A stretch of 32,000 nucleotides of DNA from Desulfotalea psychrophila LSv54 (GTDB lineage: Bacteria; Desulfobacterota; Desulfobulbia; Desulfobulbales; Desulfocapsaceae). Shown one piece after another: positions 10,278 to 20,699 of this stretch. The position numbers and the translations under genes are program-made. Positions within the stretch are counted from its first letter, which is position 1. Each line of letters opens with the position of its first letter. The notes under the pieces were generated by a model. It saw only the letters and a program-made list of their open reading frames with translations, was not told where the DNA came from and did not search any database. The stretch covers positions 2,430,001-2,462,000 of the forward strand of contig NC_006138.1 of assembly GCF_000025945.1 (NCBI RefSeq). The letters are read 5' to 3'.

Positions 10278-10442
10278 GATATCCCTTCTCTTCCCGCTCA
10301 AAGAGTGGTTAGCCACTTCGTTTTGAAGTCGAGAAGCATTAAAACTTCACCGAGAAGTCTCTTTTTATGTTATGGAGTGAATGATCCCTCCGCTTATAGC
10401 TTAAAAAACATTAACTACTCATACTAATGCCTCTTCTTTTCT

Positions 10443-11015
10443 CTAAAGTCGTATGCTGTCCCAACAGGCATTAATCGTCGCCTCAATTAACTCATTACTC
10501 AGGGTCAAGTAGCCGGTGAGCTGATCTCGGGCCAGAAAAACAATGGGGCCAAAGCAGAGTCCAAAAAGAACATCCTCTGGTAGATCCTTGACTATCTGCT
10601 CCTTAATCCCCTTATGAAACACCTCTAATATTGGAGAATCACAGCTGTTTTCCTTTGAACGCTTCTTGGCAATGCCGTAGGGCGAGTTATAGTACATCTC
10701 AAGAAATTTAAACTCCTGAGGATTATCGAGCAGAAAATGGAAGACTCGTCTGAGAACAGCTAAAATATTTTCTCGAACCGGTGCCTTTTCATCAATGCCC
10801 CCATTTGTTGCTGGACGCAGGCGTAGGTCGATCTCTTCATATAGTGCTTCAATCAAGGCGTCTTTATTTTCGAAATAACGATAGATGGTACCGGTGCCGA
10901 CATTGGCTAACTTAGAGATCTGTGAGGTGGGTGAGCTGTGGAAGCCCCTCTCGGCAAAAATTTCTAAGGAGGCCTGAAGAATTATTTCTCTTTTATTACT
11001 CTGTTTTTTTGTCAT
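10443..11015 (-). CDS. TetR/AcrR-family transcriptional regulator
   Basis: N-terminal HTH KREIILQASLEIFAERGFHSSPTSQISKLANVGTGTIYRYFENKDALIEALYEE; heads the efflux gene cluster. Confidence 0.93.
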   Translation of the reverse strand: MTKKQSNKREIILQASLEIFAERGFHSSPTSQISKLANVGTGTIYRYFENKDALIEALYEEIDLRLRPATNGGIDEKAPVRENILAVLRRVFHFLLDNPQEFKFLEMYYNSPYGIAKKRSKENSCDSPILEVFHKGIKEQIVKDLPEDVLFGLCFGPIVFLARDQLTGYLTLSNELIEATINACWDSIRL

Positions 11016-11099
11016 CTACCTATGCCCTTAATGCGGAGTGATCGTTCAGTCATTGGCTGTATATAATATTATTGTCCTGATGTCAAGAACCCCCTCCTA

Positions 11100-11124
11100 C
11101 CTCCCCCTTGAAAAAAGGGGGAGG
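11100..11124. repeat. Perfect 10-bp-stem palindrome cctccccctt-gaaaa-aagggggagg, second copy of the GC-rich intergenic repeat
   Basis: Direct reading; shares the CCTCCCCCTTG(A/C)AAAAAGGG core with 4445-4465. Confidence 0.6.
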
Positions 11125-11166
11125 TACATTCTGCCGGTTATGGGAAGAGATGGGGCCTGGCGGAGT

Positions 11167-12438
11167 TCAACGGGACTGGCTTATCTGGGAAATTTTTTCC
11201 TGGTAGGTTCTTAACATATCTTCTTCAAATTGTTCATTGTTATCATAGCTTCGTCCGAAAACCGGCTGCCATAGATCTATATGTTCCATGCACATATAGA
11301 AGAAGACAGAGTCATGCCAAGACGCTGGGAAGGCCTGAGAGATTGTGGAAAAGAGCTCTTTTTTAATGTCAAAGGGGTAGCTCAGTTTTCCGGCACAATC
11401 TTCCATTGGCATCTGCAAAATAGAGCTGTTTGGCATCCGCTCTCGGATTCTCTTCAGCACCGGCTTAATAAAGGTGAGGGTTCCGAGGGAAACCATGACC
11501 ACCTCTTCTGGTTGGAAGGTGTTTACCAGGCGCGAAACCAGAGCTCGGTAATCCTCCTGCCAACCCTGATACCAGGTAATGGGGTGAAGATGAAAACCTA
11601 CCGGAATGCCCTGATCGGCTAGTTTTCTGGCACTTTCCAGGCGCTTATCCAGACTGGCTGTTGCCTTTTCCTCATGTTGAATGACGGTGGGAGTGTTAAG
11701 AGACCAGGTGAAAACCATATTGGAAGGTGGGGTGTTTTCTAAAAAATAATCTATTCGGGCGCTTTTAGATTTCATTTCCAGAACCACATTGGGATGTTCT
11801 GTGGCAAATTGGTAAAGCGAATCCAAAAGTCCAAAGCGATTGCCCCACATCAGGGAATCAGAAGATTGGCCAGTGCCAATATGATAGCCCTTTGTCGGGT
11901 CCAGCTCCAGGGAATTGAGATGGGAAACTAGGTCACGAATAAAGCGGACCTGATTACCATGATAAAATGATTGGATAGAACAGTAGCTACAGTCAAAACC
12001 GCACTGCTGGACAACATCCAGGGTTTTCAGTTTACAACATCTGGTTTTTTCCGAGGCAACCGGGCACTCTCCCATGATGCTGCCCTTAAGTTGGACCTCC
12101 ACCATCTGCTCTTCCGGAAATTTTTGCTCGCTGGCTGCGAACCGCTTTTCCTCGCTATAGCTCTTCTGCCCGTTTTTCAGGCTCTCGTAACCATCACGTA
12201 ACTGGTGGAAGACCTTGGCTGATGCCTGTTTTCCCTTTGCCCCCCCCACCGCATGCGGATGGTGAAATTGGGCCAATGAGCCGGTCTGCCAAGAGATCAG
12301 ATCTGCGCTGTATTCAGCCATCATCTTCAGTTGCTGAAAGGAAAAGGCATAGGTTTGCTCCATGGAGATGAGCCACTGTTGCTGCTCTGCGGGAAGCTTG
12401 TGAAAAAGTTTGTTCTGTGAAAGTTTATTTGAGGTCAT
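11167..12438 (-). CDS. Radical SAM protein, spore photoproduct lyase (SplB)-like family
   Basis: CGFDCSYCSIQSFYHGN (CxxxCxxC radical SAM cluster motif), YHIGTGQSSDSLMWGN, VFTWSLNTPTVIQHEEKATASLDKRLESARKLADQGIPVGFHLHPI. Confidence 0.85.
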   Translation of the reverse strand: MTSNKLSQNKLFHKLPAEQQQWLISMEQTYAFSFQQLKMMAEYSADLISWQTGSLAQFHHPHAVGGAKGKQASAKVFHQLRDGYESLKNGQKSYSEEKRFAASEQKFPEEQMVEVQLKGSIMGECPVASEKTRCCKLKTLDVVQQCGFDCSYCSIQSFYHGNQVRFIRDLVSHLNSLELDPTKGYHIGTGQSSDSLMWGNRFGLLDSLYQFATEHPNVVLEMKSKSARIDYFLENTPPSNMVFTWSLNTPTVIQHEEKATASLDKRLESARKLADQGIPVGFHLHPITWYQGWQEDYRALVSRLVNTFQPEEVVMVSLGTLTFIKPVLKRIRERMPNSSILQMPMEDCAGKLSYPFDIKKELFSTISQAFPASWHDSVFFYMCMEHIDLWQPVFGRSYDNNEQFEEDMLRTYQEKISQISQSR

Positions 12439-12606
12439 TGCGATCTTATAGCAAACAAAAGGGGATTAGTCCAGTATCCGAATTCAGTTGTTGTGATTTT
12501 TCTATTTGATATCTGTCTTCCCTGGCTAATAAGCCTCTAAGCTGCCAATCTGAATCGATAATTATTGAAAATCAGGGGCAGGAAATGAATGGTGAGGGGG
12601 CACAAC

Positions 12607-14565
12607 CTATCCCATCTCTACCCGATTACGTCCCTTTTCCTTTGCCACATAGAGGGCAGAGTCAGCTTCATGGAGCACCTCTTCAAATGTCTGTTCAATA
12701 CCGTTCCAGGCGGTGACCCCAAAACTTACAGTGAAGGCAATTTCTTTTTCGTTTACCATGACAGGGTTTTTTTCAACAAGAGCCCTGAATCGTTCAGCTA
12801 TTTTCAAGGCCACCTTGATGTCTGTGCCGGGAAGAAGGATAATGAACTCCTCGCCGCCAATACGAGCGAAAACATCCACATCCCTTAAATACTTTCTGCC
12901 AATATCGGCAAAGGCCTTTAACACCAGGTCGCCGGCAGCGTGTCCATGGGCATCGTTTATCTTCTTGAAATAATCGATATCCAGCATGACCAGAGAGAGA
13001 TTATGCTCGGAACTATGCCTCTGACGTTCCAGCTCAGCTTCGGCAATTTCAAACAGTTGACTGCGATTACAAAGGCCAGTCAGGGAGTCTGTGGTGGCAA
13101 GTCGTTGTAATTTTTCCCGGCTCTGCCTCTTTGTTGTGATATCGTCAATCGTCCAGACCACCCCTTTTTCAAGGTCAGGGGGTGTGGATGAATCAATGGC
13201 CTTTCCTGAAAGGGTGCACCAGACGGAAGAACCGTCCTTGCGTCGAAGTTTGTACTCCACTTGAATTTGGTTGCCATCAACCAATTTTTTGAAATATTTC
13301 TCTCTGAACTCAATATAATTTTCCTCCGAGAGATGGAACTCTCTGGCAGAGCGCCCTTCCATAGACTCGGGGCTGTTGTAGGCAAAAATATCTGCTAAGC
13401 GCTGATTCCCCTTGTACATGATCTGCTCCCCTCGAAGAGCCATGACTCCCACCTGGCTGTTTTCAATGATGGCATTCAGGGTGTCTTTGGCTTCGGTGAT
13501 TTCTCTCCTCTGGCTCTCCAGTTGCATAAGCATCCGGTTCTCCTCCCTGGCCAGTGTGCCAATCTCGTCATTTTGCAGAAGGGAGATGCGGGCGGAGAGA
13601 TCCCCGGATTTTGTAATTTGCAGCACATGGTTAGTGAGTAGCATAACAGGGGCAAGAATAATTGCCTTTAAGAGATAGGTGATAAGAAGAGCCATAAACA
13701 GGCCAAAAACGGTTATCAGTATCAATGAATAGTTATAGTTTTTTCGACACCTTTGTAGAATATGCTTTGGAATCTCTGCCTGGATAAGATACCTTCCGCC
13801 GATATCCGCCAGGTGCGAATAGACTTCCAAATTATCACTGTTTTCTCGCTCGACAATGCTAATTTCCTCAACTGCAAGCTCTCCTAAAATTTTCTTCTCT
13901 TTCGCTGTCAGTTCGTCTCCACTCATATCGATAAATCTAAAGTTGAGTGCCACCCTTACCATCATCGCATCTAGAGACCCTTGATCAAGAAGACGGCCAA
14001 TGATAACTGCCCCTTGGACAGGCCCCTGTTGGTTGCTGGTTATGATAGGACGTGAACTTAACATCATCGGGCCCCTGCTACTATTATAGATTCCCACTCG
14101 CTTCATATTGGAGAGGTCATCTTTATCAGATTCCGAAGAAAAGGGTAAACTGGCCACAGAACGTAAAGAGTCCGGTAGAGTGGTTAATACAGTTTTTTCT
14201 TTTCTGTGAAGATCCCAATCCTCAGCAAAGAGGAGCTGGCCTGATCTGTCGACTATGCAGATAAAGCTGACCTCGTTGTCCAGAATCGTATCGGCATTCA
14301 AATTTATCTTTAAAAAGTCAGCATTTGGAGCCTTGATAAAGGCATGGAGATCATCCCAGGCAGCTAGGTCATGGCAATAGCGATCGACATGGTCAATCTC
14401 ATCCTTGAGCTCCCATAGGCAACGCCCCATATCTTTTTTGGCCTCCGCGATTTCAAGTTTTTTTAAACCCGGCAGGATGAGATAGTGATGGAGTCCGTAG
14501 TTCAATGAGGCAAAGATAGAAAAGGCCAAAAGAAAAATTAGCAGCATTTTTTTATTTAAAGTCAT
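12607..14565 (-). CDS. Membrane diguanylate cyclase: periplasmic CHASE4-like sensor, HAMP, PAS/PAC, GGDEF
   Basis: N-terminal TM and periplasmic segment (RYCHDLAAWDDLHAFI), second TM, HAMP, PAS (ENSQVGVMALRGEQIMYKGNQRLADIF), RDVDVFARIGGEEFIILLPG with intact GG[D/E]EF and RxxD I-site five residues upstream. Confidence 0.92.
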   Translation of the reverse strand: MTLNKKMLLIFLLAFSIFASLNYGLHHYLILPGLKKLEIAEAKKDMGRCLWELKDEIDHVDRYCHDLAAWDDLHAFIKAPNADFLKINLNADTILDNEVSFICIVDRSGQLLFAEDWDLHRKEKTVLTTLPDSLRSVASLPFSSESDKDDLSNMKRVGIYNSSRGPMMLSSRPIITSNQQGPVQGAVIIGRLLDQGSLDAMMVRVALNFRFIDMSGDELTAKEKKILGELAVEEISIVERENSDNLEVYSHLADIGGRYLIQAEIPKHILQRCRKNYNYSLILITVFGLFMALLITYLLKAIILAPVMLLTNHVLQITKSGDLSARISLLQNDEIGTLAREENRMLMQLESQRREITEAKDTLNAIIENSQVGVMALRGEQIMYKGNQRLADIFAYNSPESMEGRSAREFHLSEENYIEFREKYFKKLVDGNQIQVEYKLRRKDGSSVWCTLSGKAIDSSTPPDLEKGVVWTIDDITTKRQSREKLQRLATTDSLTGLCNRSQLFEIAEAELERQRHSSEHNLSLVMLDIDYFKKINDAHGHAAGDLVLKAFADIGRKYLRDVDVFARIGGEEFIILLPGTDIKVALKIAERFRALVEKNPVMVNEKEIAFTVSFGVTAWNGIEQTFEEVLHEADSALYVAKEKGRNRVEMG

Positions 14566-14871
14566 TGAGGGGCTTTTTGAAAATTACCTACTAAAGTAGA
14601 GGTTCCAGAGCTGTAATAAAAAATAGACCTGGAATAATATTTGCGGTTATTTCTTGCGAATTGTTGCCTTTGAAAACTCCCTGACTTTTACATTACTTAT
14701 TTGTTATAGGCAATGATTAAGTACTCTTAAGCAGGTTGGAGGGAGGAAAATGCCACCCTTCCCTGCCGGGAAATGGTAATTGGCTAGCTGGGGATGAATG
14801 GTGGGGAAGAGAGGAAGGTGGGGTGTAATTAGTTATCGATTGAGCCTAAGCAAGTTGCTCCATCAGAATGG

Positions 14872-14918
14872 CAAGGGCACTTATGGGATTTTCCCATAAG
14901 TGCCCTTGTCTTTTTCGG
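14872..14918 (+). terminator. Strong rho-independent-terminator-like hairpin (17-bp perfect stem, 3-nt loop, then TCTTTTT)
   Basis: caagggcacttatggga-ttt-tcccataagtgcccttg-tctttttc read directly at 14872-14916. Confidence 0.75.
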
Positions 14919-15071
14919 TTAAATTTCGGTTGTGTTTGAAAAATCAAGGTTTTATTTAAAGCATACCAATCGCTATTTACCTCATCTGCATTTTTCCATA
15001 TCGATTTTCCTGCTCCACCCAAAGCCTAAACGGTTCCCCTCTTTAGAAAGCAACCGTCCAGTTTTTAGAGA

Positions 15072-18000
15072 TTAGAAACGGAAGCCGAATTTCAGGTTTG
15101 CACCCAAACTGCTAATATGCGAAGAGATCGCAGTGTTTACGCCGAAGCTACCGAAAAGCTGTCCTCTTTCGGCAATCAGGTCGACAGACAGTTTGCCGGT
15201 AACATCATCATAAACATCTGTTATTAAAGGTAAAGTCTCCGGTGTGCCAATCAGGGTACTTCTGCTGGTAAAATCGGTATCACCAAAGGCAAAATTCACC
15301 CCGGCATCAGCAGCAATGTTAAATTGCAATCCACTGTCAGCTGCGGCAAACTTATACATATACTTAACACCCATAGGGATTATCCAGGTGTCCATGCTGC
15401 TTGCATTTACGGCAAAAACATCGTTTGTATAAGCATCTTGCTTATAATATTGATAACGCATACCAGCATATGGGCTGACAACGGTATCTCCCAGCTCAAA
15501 CAGATAACTAGCCTTTACCCCCGTACCAAGTACATAGGAGTCAATGCCATCGGCCTTGAGAGTTGAATATCTTGTGTCAGAAGACATTGCTGTATAAAGA
15601 GCATCCACACTAATCTGCATAGCATTAGAGAGGTTGTAAGCTCCATACATGGTTAGGCCGTAGAAATCACTGTCTGTATCGGCAGAAGATGTAAATCCTT
15701 CACCAGATACCTTACCAGCACCATAGGTGAAGGCTCCACCGTAGAGAAAATCACCAAGCACGCTATCAGCACCTAAGGCTGCACCGTAAAGATCAATATC
15801 CATATCGGTGCTATAGTTACCTATATTCATACCGCTAATATCGCTTTTTTGATAAAGAGGTTGAAAATAGATACCTGTGCTGTAATCACCGGTTATATCC
15901 GTGTGTTTCTGGGCGAGATCAAGTACCAGAGCAGAGGCAATGGTATTTACATGGGCAATACCACCAACTCCGGCAATATTGGCAGATGCCTCCGTTGCCT
16001 GTCCGCCGCTTGTTGGGCTAGCGCCACGCAAAATACCCTTCATATAATTGGTGGATGTAACTCCAAGCACTTCATAACCACGTTCGTTGTAATTAGTCAG
16101 GAAGCTTGCAGTATTTCCCCGAGCACCATAGAGGGTGGCGGCGGTACCGGCACTTTTAGTCGTAAAACTACCGTCAACTAAAGAAGCAACTTCCTGGAGT
16201 TGGTTATAAAGATAGATATTAGCCAGTAGCCAGTTATCGCCAGTACTTGTCATGGTATATTTTTCCCCGACAAGTGCACCCTTAACACCTACAAATGCCT
16301 TGTTGGAAATAGTTACCGTATCCGCAGTAATAGCAGGTTGTCCAGCCAGATTGGTTACATCAACCACCAACAGAGAATTGTCAGCAAATGTAGCTGTTCC
16401 GCCAACTGGTACATCTGCCCCAGTTGGCGCCGTGACGCGAGAACCATCTACGGTAAGGGAGCCGGCAGCACCAACTTTATAAGGGCCATCAAGATAGACG
16501 GCAGCTGTTACCCCAGTGCGGCCCCAGGTTGTGTTATTGTCCTCTGTGATTTTTTTAACAATATTATCAACATCACCAGCATCGGTTGTACCCAGGGCAA
16601 TAATAGAATTTTGTCCAGCCACTAAATGGCCGTTAATAACATTACTATCAGCACCAGTTCCAAAATTAACAATGCTTACATGGGAGGCATCTTTAGCTTT
16701 AGCAAGTTCCGTACTATCTAACCAATTGGGATCGGCAAAGAGCATAGCTCCATTAAGAGACGCTGTTTCAAGAGCCAGCGAGCCTTGGCCCTGACTATTA
16801 CCAATATTAATAACCGTCTCTTCTGTGGCTGTTAATTCCTTGACGGAAAGAGTTCCCTTTTTAATGTTTACTTTGCCACCAAGTGATGCTGTTTCAAGGG
16901 CCAACGAGCCTTGCCCCTGCCCCTGGCTATCACCAATATTAACAGTCGTTCCACTTTGGGCTGTTAAAGCCGTGATGGAAAAATCTCCATTTCTAACATT
17001 AAGCTCGGTTTTTGGAGCCGAAGAGTCGTCAGCTGCAACCAGCTCAACCTTAGCGTCAAGCGTTCCCTGAGTCCTTTTCTCGGTTGCAACCTCACCTTTG
17101 GCGCCAAGATTAAGAACACTTCCTCCACCAACATTCACAGATTTTTCCTCTGCCCCACCTTTTAGCAGGGATTCTTCTCCACTAGAACTCCCCCTAAGGG
17201 AAAGCACTGTCCCCTTACTCACCTTAACTTCCGCAACGGTATCGGGAAGTTCATAGCTTTGCGCCCCCATCGGTGTGCCCTTAGCAAAAGAGATTTGAGT
17301 CTTGTCAACAGAGTCCTCAGGAACAGTCAGCTTTATTTCCTTTTCAGGACTGTCTATGATTTCAGCCAGCCCAAGGTCGATAGGCCCATCACCCATATCA
17401 AAGCCACTATATAAGAAACTTCCTTTAAAATCAGAATATTGGCTTTTGAAGCTAGTTTCAAAAGAAGTGATTCTCTCTTGGTCATAAACATCAGAACTAA
17501 CAAGATCAATAGTTCCCTGACCAGCAAAAGAGAATTCACTGGTATCTGCTATAGAACTCCCCGTTGCCAATAAATCGTAGGAGGTGGTTAAAACTGCACC
17601 TTTCTCCACTTCAATAGCGGAATTTGTATGATAAGGCGCAGTTACTGTCTCGACAGTCAGATGAGAGGTATCTCTTACACTGATTTTATTCTGGCCATAA
17701 AGGTTCAGATTACTAATCTTAGCCTGAGAACTGTCCTGGGTGACGATATGAGCATTGGTCAAATCAAATTTTCCAACTGAAACAGTTGCGCCGTCAGCTA
17801 CGCTGAGATGAGCATGCTGATTGTCATGCTCGGACTCAACAGCATTACCCTGTAACTGAATTCTTTTAATGGCAAAGTTTGCGGGACTGTTCAAGTACCC
17901 CCTAATCTCATTAAATTTTGAGCCTGCAAGAGCTTTTTTATCCTCTGCATCCATGCCCACATGAATCCAGGAATTAGCCGAATGACCTTCATAGGTGGCA

Positions 18001-19574
18001 TCACCTGGGTCCCTTACCTGTATTCTGGCGATAGTCTTCTCCGCCCCTTCGGGATTACCAATGAGGAGAAAATTACCACCCTCTCTGAGCTGTACCTTAT
18101 CAGCAAGATCTGCAGCATTAACCCCGACAGCACCGCCACCAGTAACCCTAAAAGACTTGGCCGGGGCAGGATCTTCTCCGACAAGGGGGGAAAATGAGCT
18201 GATTTCGCCGAGGTTAATCCCCAAGGCATCAGTCATATGGACAGGTGCATCCTCCTGGTCCTCAAAGGCATCTCTACTTACCAGCTCAAAACCGATTGCC
18301 CCCCCACCCAGTTTAATTGTGCCGGTACCGGTATTAAGAGCCATATCTAAGGCTGGATCAGACATCTCTTCACCAGCGGCAGGATAATAGACAGACTTCA
18401 TGGCACTGGAAGGCGAATGATCCACATCATCCACCGATTGAGAGACAGTGATGGTTCCCCTGTTCTCGGTATGAGTATAGGGATCACTCATCATACCTAC
18501 GGAGTAGTTGCCCTTCAGATCAATTACTCCAGAGTTGATAGTGGTTGAACCCTCACCATTACCATCAATGGCTGTGACAATGGTGTCTTCTCCACCCAGT
18601 ATGCTGCCACTGTTTACAATAAAATTCCCGCCGGTACCTCTCATCCCCCGGGTGTGATGGCCATCCAGCTTTTTCCCTGCATGGGTACCCGTAATTACGC
18701 CACCATGAACAACGCTAATTGTCCCTTTATTGAGCATTGTAATCCCGATCACCGGCTCCTCACTGTCGATACTATCCCGGTCATGTTGATCACCTAGGGG
18801 GCTGACATAGGGCGCGCCGGACCCCATGGCTATGCTATCAGAGTCACTGACAATAATCTTGCCATCTGCGGCATTGTTAAGGGTGAGAATATCCCCAGCA
18901 TGTCCAACGCCTTCAGACCACATGCCCAGTGCCTCCTGGTCAGTGGATACATCAATGGTGCCAGAATTTCTCATTACTACAGCTAAATTTTCCCCAGTAC
19001 TATCTTGTCGCTCAACCACCATACCAACATTGTGATTTGGGCTACTGCTTAGAGACTCTTTTGCAAGAATACGTCCCTTATTCTCGACAAGAATATGAGA
19101 ATCATCGGCAACACTCTCACCTACGGGCACAAAAATACCTGCCGCAATACCTTCACCGGATTCATTGTGCAGATCAAGGGTGATATTGGCATCTGAAACA
19201 ACTTCCAGATTACGCTTGGCAGAATCTCTTCCGTCAGCAAGAATTTCTACCCCAATCCCCAAGACATTGGCTTTACCCTCTTCAACCCCAAATACCTCTA
19301 TCCCCTCTTTAACCTCTTCAGCACTCCCGGCAAAAGAGATATGTACATCTTTCACATCTGCAGAGGGCGTAATACGCAGAACTTCTTTTGTATTATGTAC
19401 ATCATTATATTGATAGCCTCCACTACCACCTGTAGTGCAGGTGGTGGACTGTCCATCGACAGTAATCACAGGATCGGCAAAGACATTACTGCTGTTCATG
19501 GTTAGCAGAAAGGCACCAACGGCCAAGGCAGTTACCGCGTTATATTTTTTTTTATACGACTTTTGATGCAACAT
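15072..19574 (-). CDS. Type Va autotransporter (large passenger plus C-terminal beta-barrel)
   Basis: Signal peptide (YNAVTALAVGAFLLTMNSSNVFA|DP), Gly/Ser/Asn-rich passenger with many T/V/G-type beta-helix strands, C-terminal barrel ending ...SSLGANLKFGFRF with terminal Phe. Confidence 0.88.
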   Translation of the reverse strand: MLHQKSYKKKYNAVTALAVGAFLLTMNSSNVFADPVITVDGQSTTCTTGGSGGYQYNDVHNTKEVLRITPSADVKDVHISFAGSAEEVKEGIEVFGVEEGKANVLGIGVEILADGRDSAKRNLEVVSDANITLDLHNESGEGIAAGIFVPVGESVADDSHILVENKGRILAKESLSSSPNHNVGMVVERQDSTGENLAVVMRNSGTIDVSTDQEALGMWSEGVGHAGDILTLNNAADGKIIVSDSDSIAMGSGAPYVSPLGDQHDRDSIDSEEPVIGITMLNKGTISVVHGGVITGTHAGKKLDGHHTRGMRGTGGNFIVNSGSILGGEDTIVTAIDGNGEGSTTINSGVIDLKGNYSVGMMSDPYTHTENRGTITVSQSVDDVDHSPSSAMKSVYYPAAGEEMSDPALDMALNTGTGTIKLGGGAIGFELVSRDAFEDQEDAPVHMTDALGINLGEISSFSPLVGEDPAPAKSFRVTGGGAVGVNAADLADKVQLREGGNFLLIGNPEGAEKTIARIQVRDPGDATYEGHSANSWIHVGMDAEDKKALAGSKFNEIRGYLNSPANFAIKRIQLQGNAVESEHDNQHAHLSVADGATVSVGKFDLTNAHIVTQDSSQAKISNLNLYGQNKISVRDTSHLTVETVTAPYHTNSAIEVEKGAVLTTSYDLLATGSSIADTSEFSFAGQGTIDLVSSDVYDQERITSFETSFKSQYSDFKGSFLYSGFDMGDGPIDLGLAEIIDSPEKEIKLTVPEDSVDKTQISFAKGTPMGAQSYELPDTVAEVKVSKGTVLSLRGSSSGEESLLKGGAEEKSVNVGGGSVLNLGAKGEVATEKRTQGTLDAKVELVAADDSSAPKTELNVRNGDFSITALTAQSGTTVNIGDSQGQGQGSLALETASLGGKVNIKKGTLSVKELTATEETVINIGNSQGQGSLALETASLNGAMLFADPNWLDSTELAKAKDASHVSIVNFGTGADSNVINGHLVAGQNSIIALGTTDAGDVDNIVKKITEDNNTTWGRTGVTAAVYLDGPYKVGAAGSLTVDGSRVTAPTGADVPVGGTATFADNSLLVVDVTNLAGQPAITADTVTISNKAFVGVKGALVGEKYTMTSTGDNWLLANIYLYNQLQEVASLVDGSFTTKSAGTAATLYGARGNTASFLTNYNERGYEVLGVTSTNYMKGILRGASPTSGGQATEASANIAGVGGIAHVNTIASALVLDLAQKHTDITGDYSTGIYFQPLYQKSDISGMNIGNYSTDMDIDLYGAALGADSVLGDFLYGGAFTYGAGKVSGEGFTSSADTDSDFYGLTMYGAYNLSNAMQISVDALYTAMSSDTRYSTLKADGIDSYVLGTGVKASYLFELGDTVVSPYAGMRYQYYKQDAYTNDVFAVNASSMDTWIIPMGVKYMYKFAAADSGLQFNIAADAGVNFAFGDTDFTSRSTLIGTPETLPLITDVYDDVTGKLSVDLIAERGQLFGSFGVNTAISSHISSLGANLKFGFRF
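16762..17010 (-). repeat. Two diverged copies of a 126-bp (42-aa) repeat within the autotransporter passenger
   Basis: gctgtttcaag at 16762 and 16888; protein repeats INIG(D/N)SQGQG(QG)SLALETASL. Confidence 0.7.
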
Positions 19575-20581
19575 TTTTACCTCAAATTTAAATTTGTCTT
19601 AACAAGCTATTTTACTAAAAACCATCTAAGGGTAAATTCCCTTTCCCTTCGAAACCTGCCGAACAACTGAGCTTTTCAATGGATGTATCGTTGTTCTTCT
19701 AAAAAGAATGCCTTGATATCAGCTGGCTTATAATCAACCCTCCGCAAAAAATATTAATGCCTGAGATAAGTTGGAATAATTCCACCAGTTCAAATCAATT
19801 TATTTAAGAAACGACCAAACAATCGCAGGAAAGCCAATGCCAGATATCTGCCACGGATCTTACCCCTTGCCGCCCTCCCGAAAAGGAAGGTCTGCCCTCT
19901 TTACTAAATGGCAGGATCGAAAAAGGAGACAGAACTGATCTTTTTTCCAAGAGCATCCCTTACAAGGGCTTGGCTTAAAAAACCCAATAAATCTCTACAT
20001 TATTTTTATATTATGATCAATGATTTAAATTTATTAGCTTGGTATGGTGCAATGTTATCCTGTAAGTAGCAGCTATCCATTCCTTTCGTTCAGAGGGTGT
20101 TGGCTGATGGTTAAAGGATGGCGCTAGGATTATAGGGAAAAAAGACATGGCAAAGAGGGAGGAATGGGGACATAGGTGAGGTTAGCGGGCCCACCATTCC
20201 CGTGAGAATAATGGTTGAACGCCATTGAATAAAAACTTCCAAACAGAATGTTGATAAGAAAGTCTTATTGTTTTAAATGCTTAGATCGAAAAAGTAAGGT
20301 TTTGGGATTCGTTAGTGGGGGTCGGCTTACCGATTGGAGCCTAAAAGATAAATGAGGGGGCTACCTGTTACCAACTCAATATTGGCAGTACGTCTTCTAG
20401 GCAGGTTCTAATTTTACACCAAACTATCTGGCTCTATTCCTCGCAATCTAGATCTGGCCACAGCTAGCTTGTTAGGCCGAGATCTATATGCGCAATGGAC
20501 ATATCAGTTAAAGAGTTTGCCTCCTTATAAGAACGCATTCTTTCGTATCTTTTAAACTACTTTGTAAATATCCACAAAATA

Positions 20582-20598
20582 GGTTGACGACGTCAACC
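20582..20598. promoter_or_regulatory. Operator-like perfect palindrome ggttgacg-a-cgtcaacc
   Basis: 17 bp, 8-bp perfect arms, upstream of the MarR-type gene. Confidence 0.8.
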
Positions 20599-20609
20599 AC
20601 TACGGTTAA

Positions 20610-20626
20610 AGTTGATGGCGTCAACC
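20610..20626. promoter_or_regulatory. Second operator-like copy agttgatg-g-cgtcaacc (imperfect)
   Basis: Same 17-bp motif, centre-to-centre 28 bp from the first. Confidence 0.75.
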
Positions 20627-20699
20627 TATTTGCATGTTGATTGGTTTATAGTTGAAACCACTTACAGCCAGAAGCTATAAGATAATCTCGGAGAACCTT

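Noticed and set aside
11020-11090. Possible TetR operator (agtgatcgttcagtcatt) upstream of tetR
   Set aside because: Resembles a partial half-site seen in some TetR operators but I could not find a clean palindrome or a second copy.
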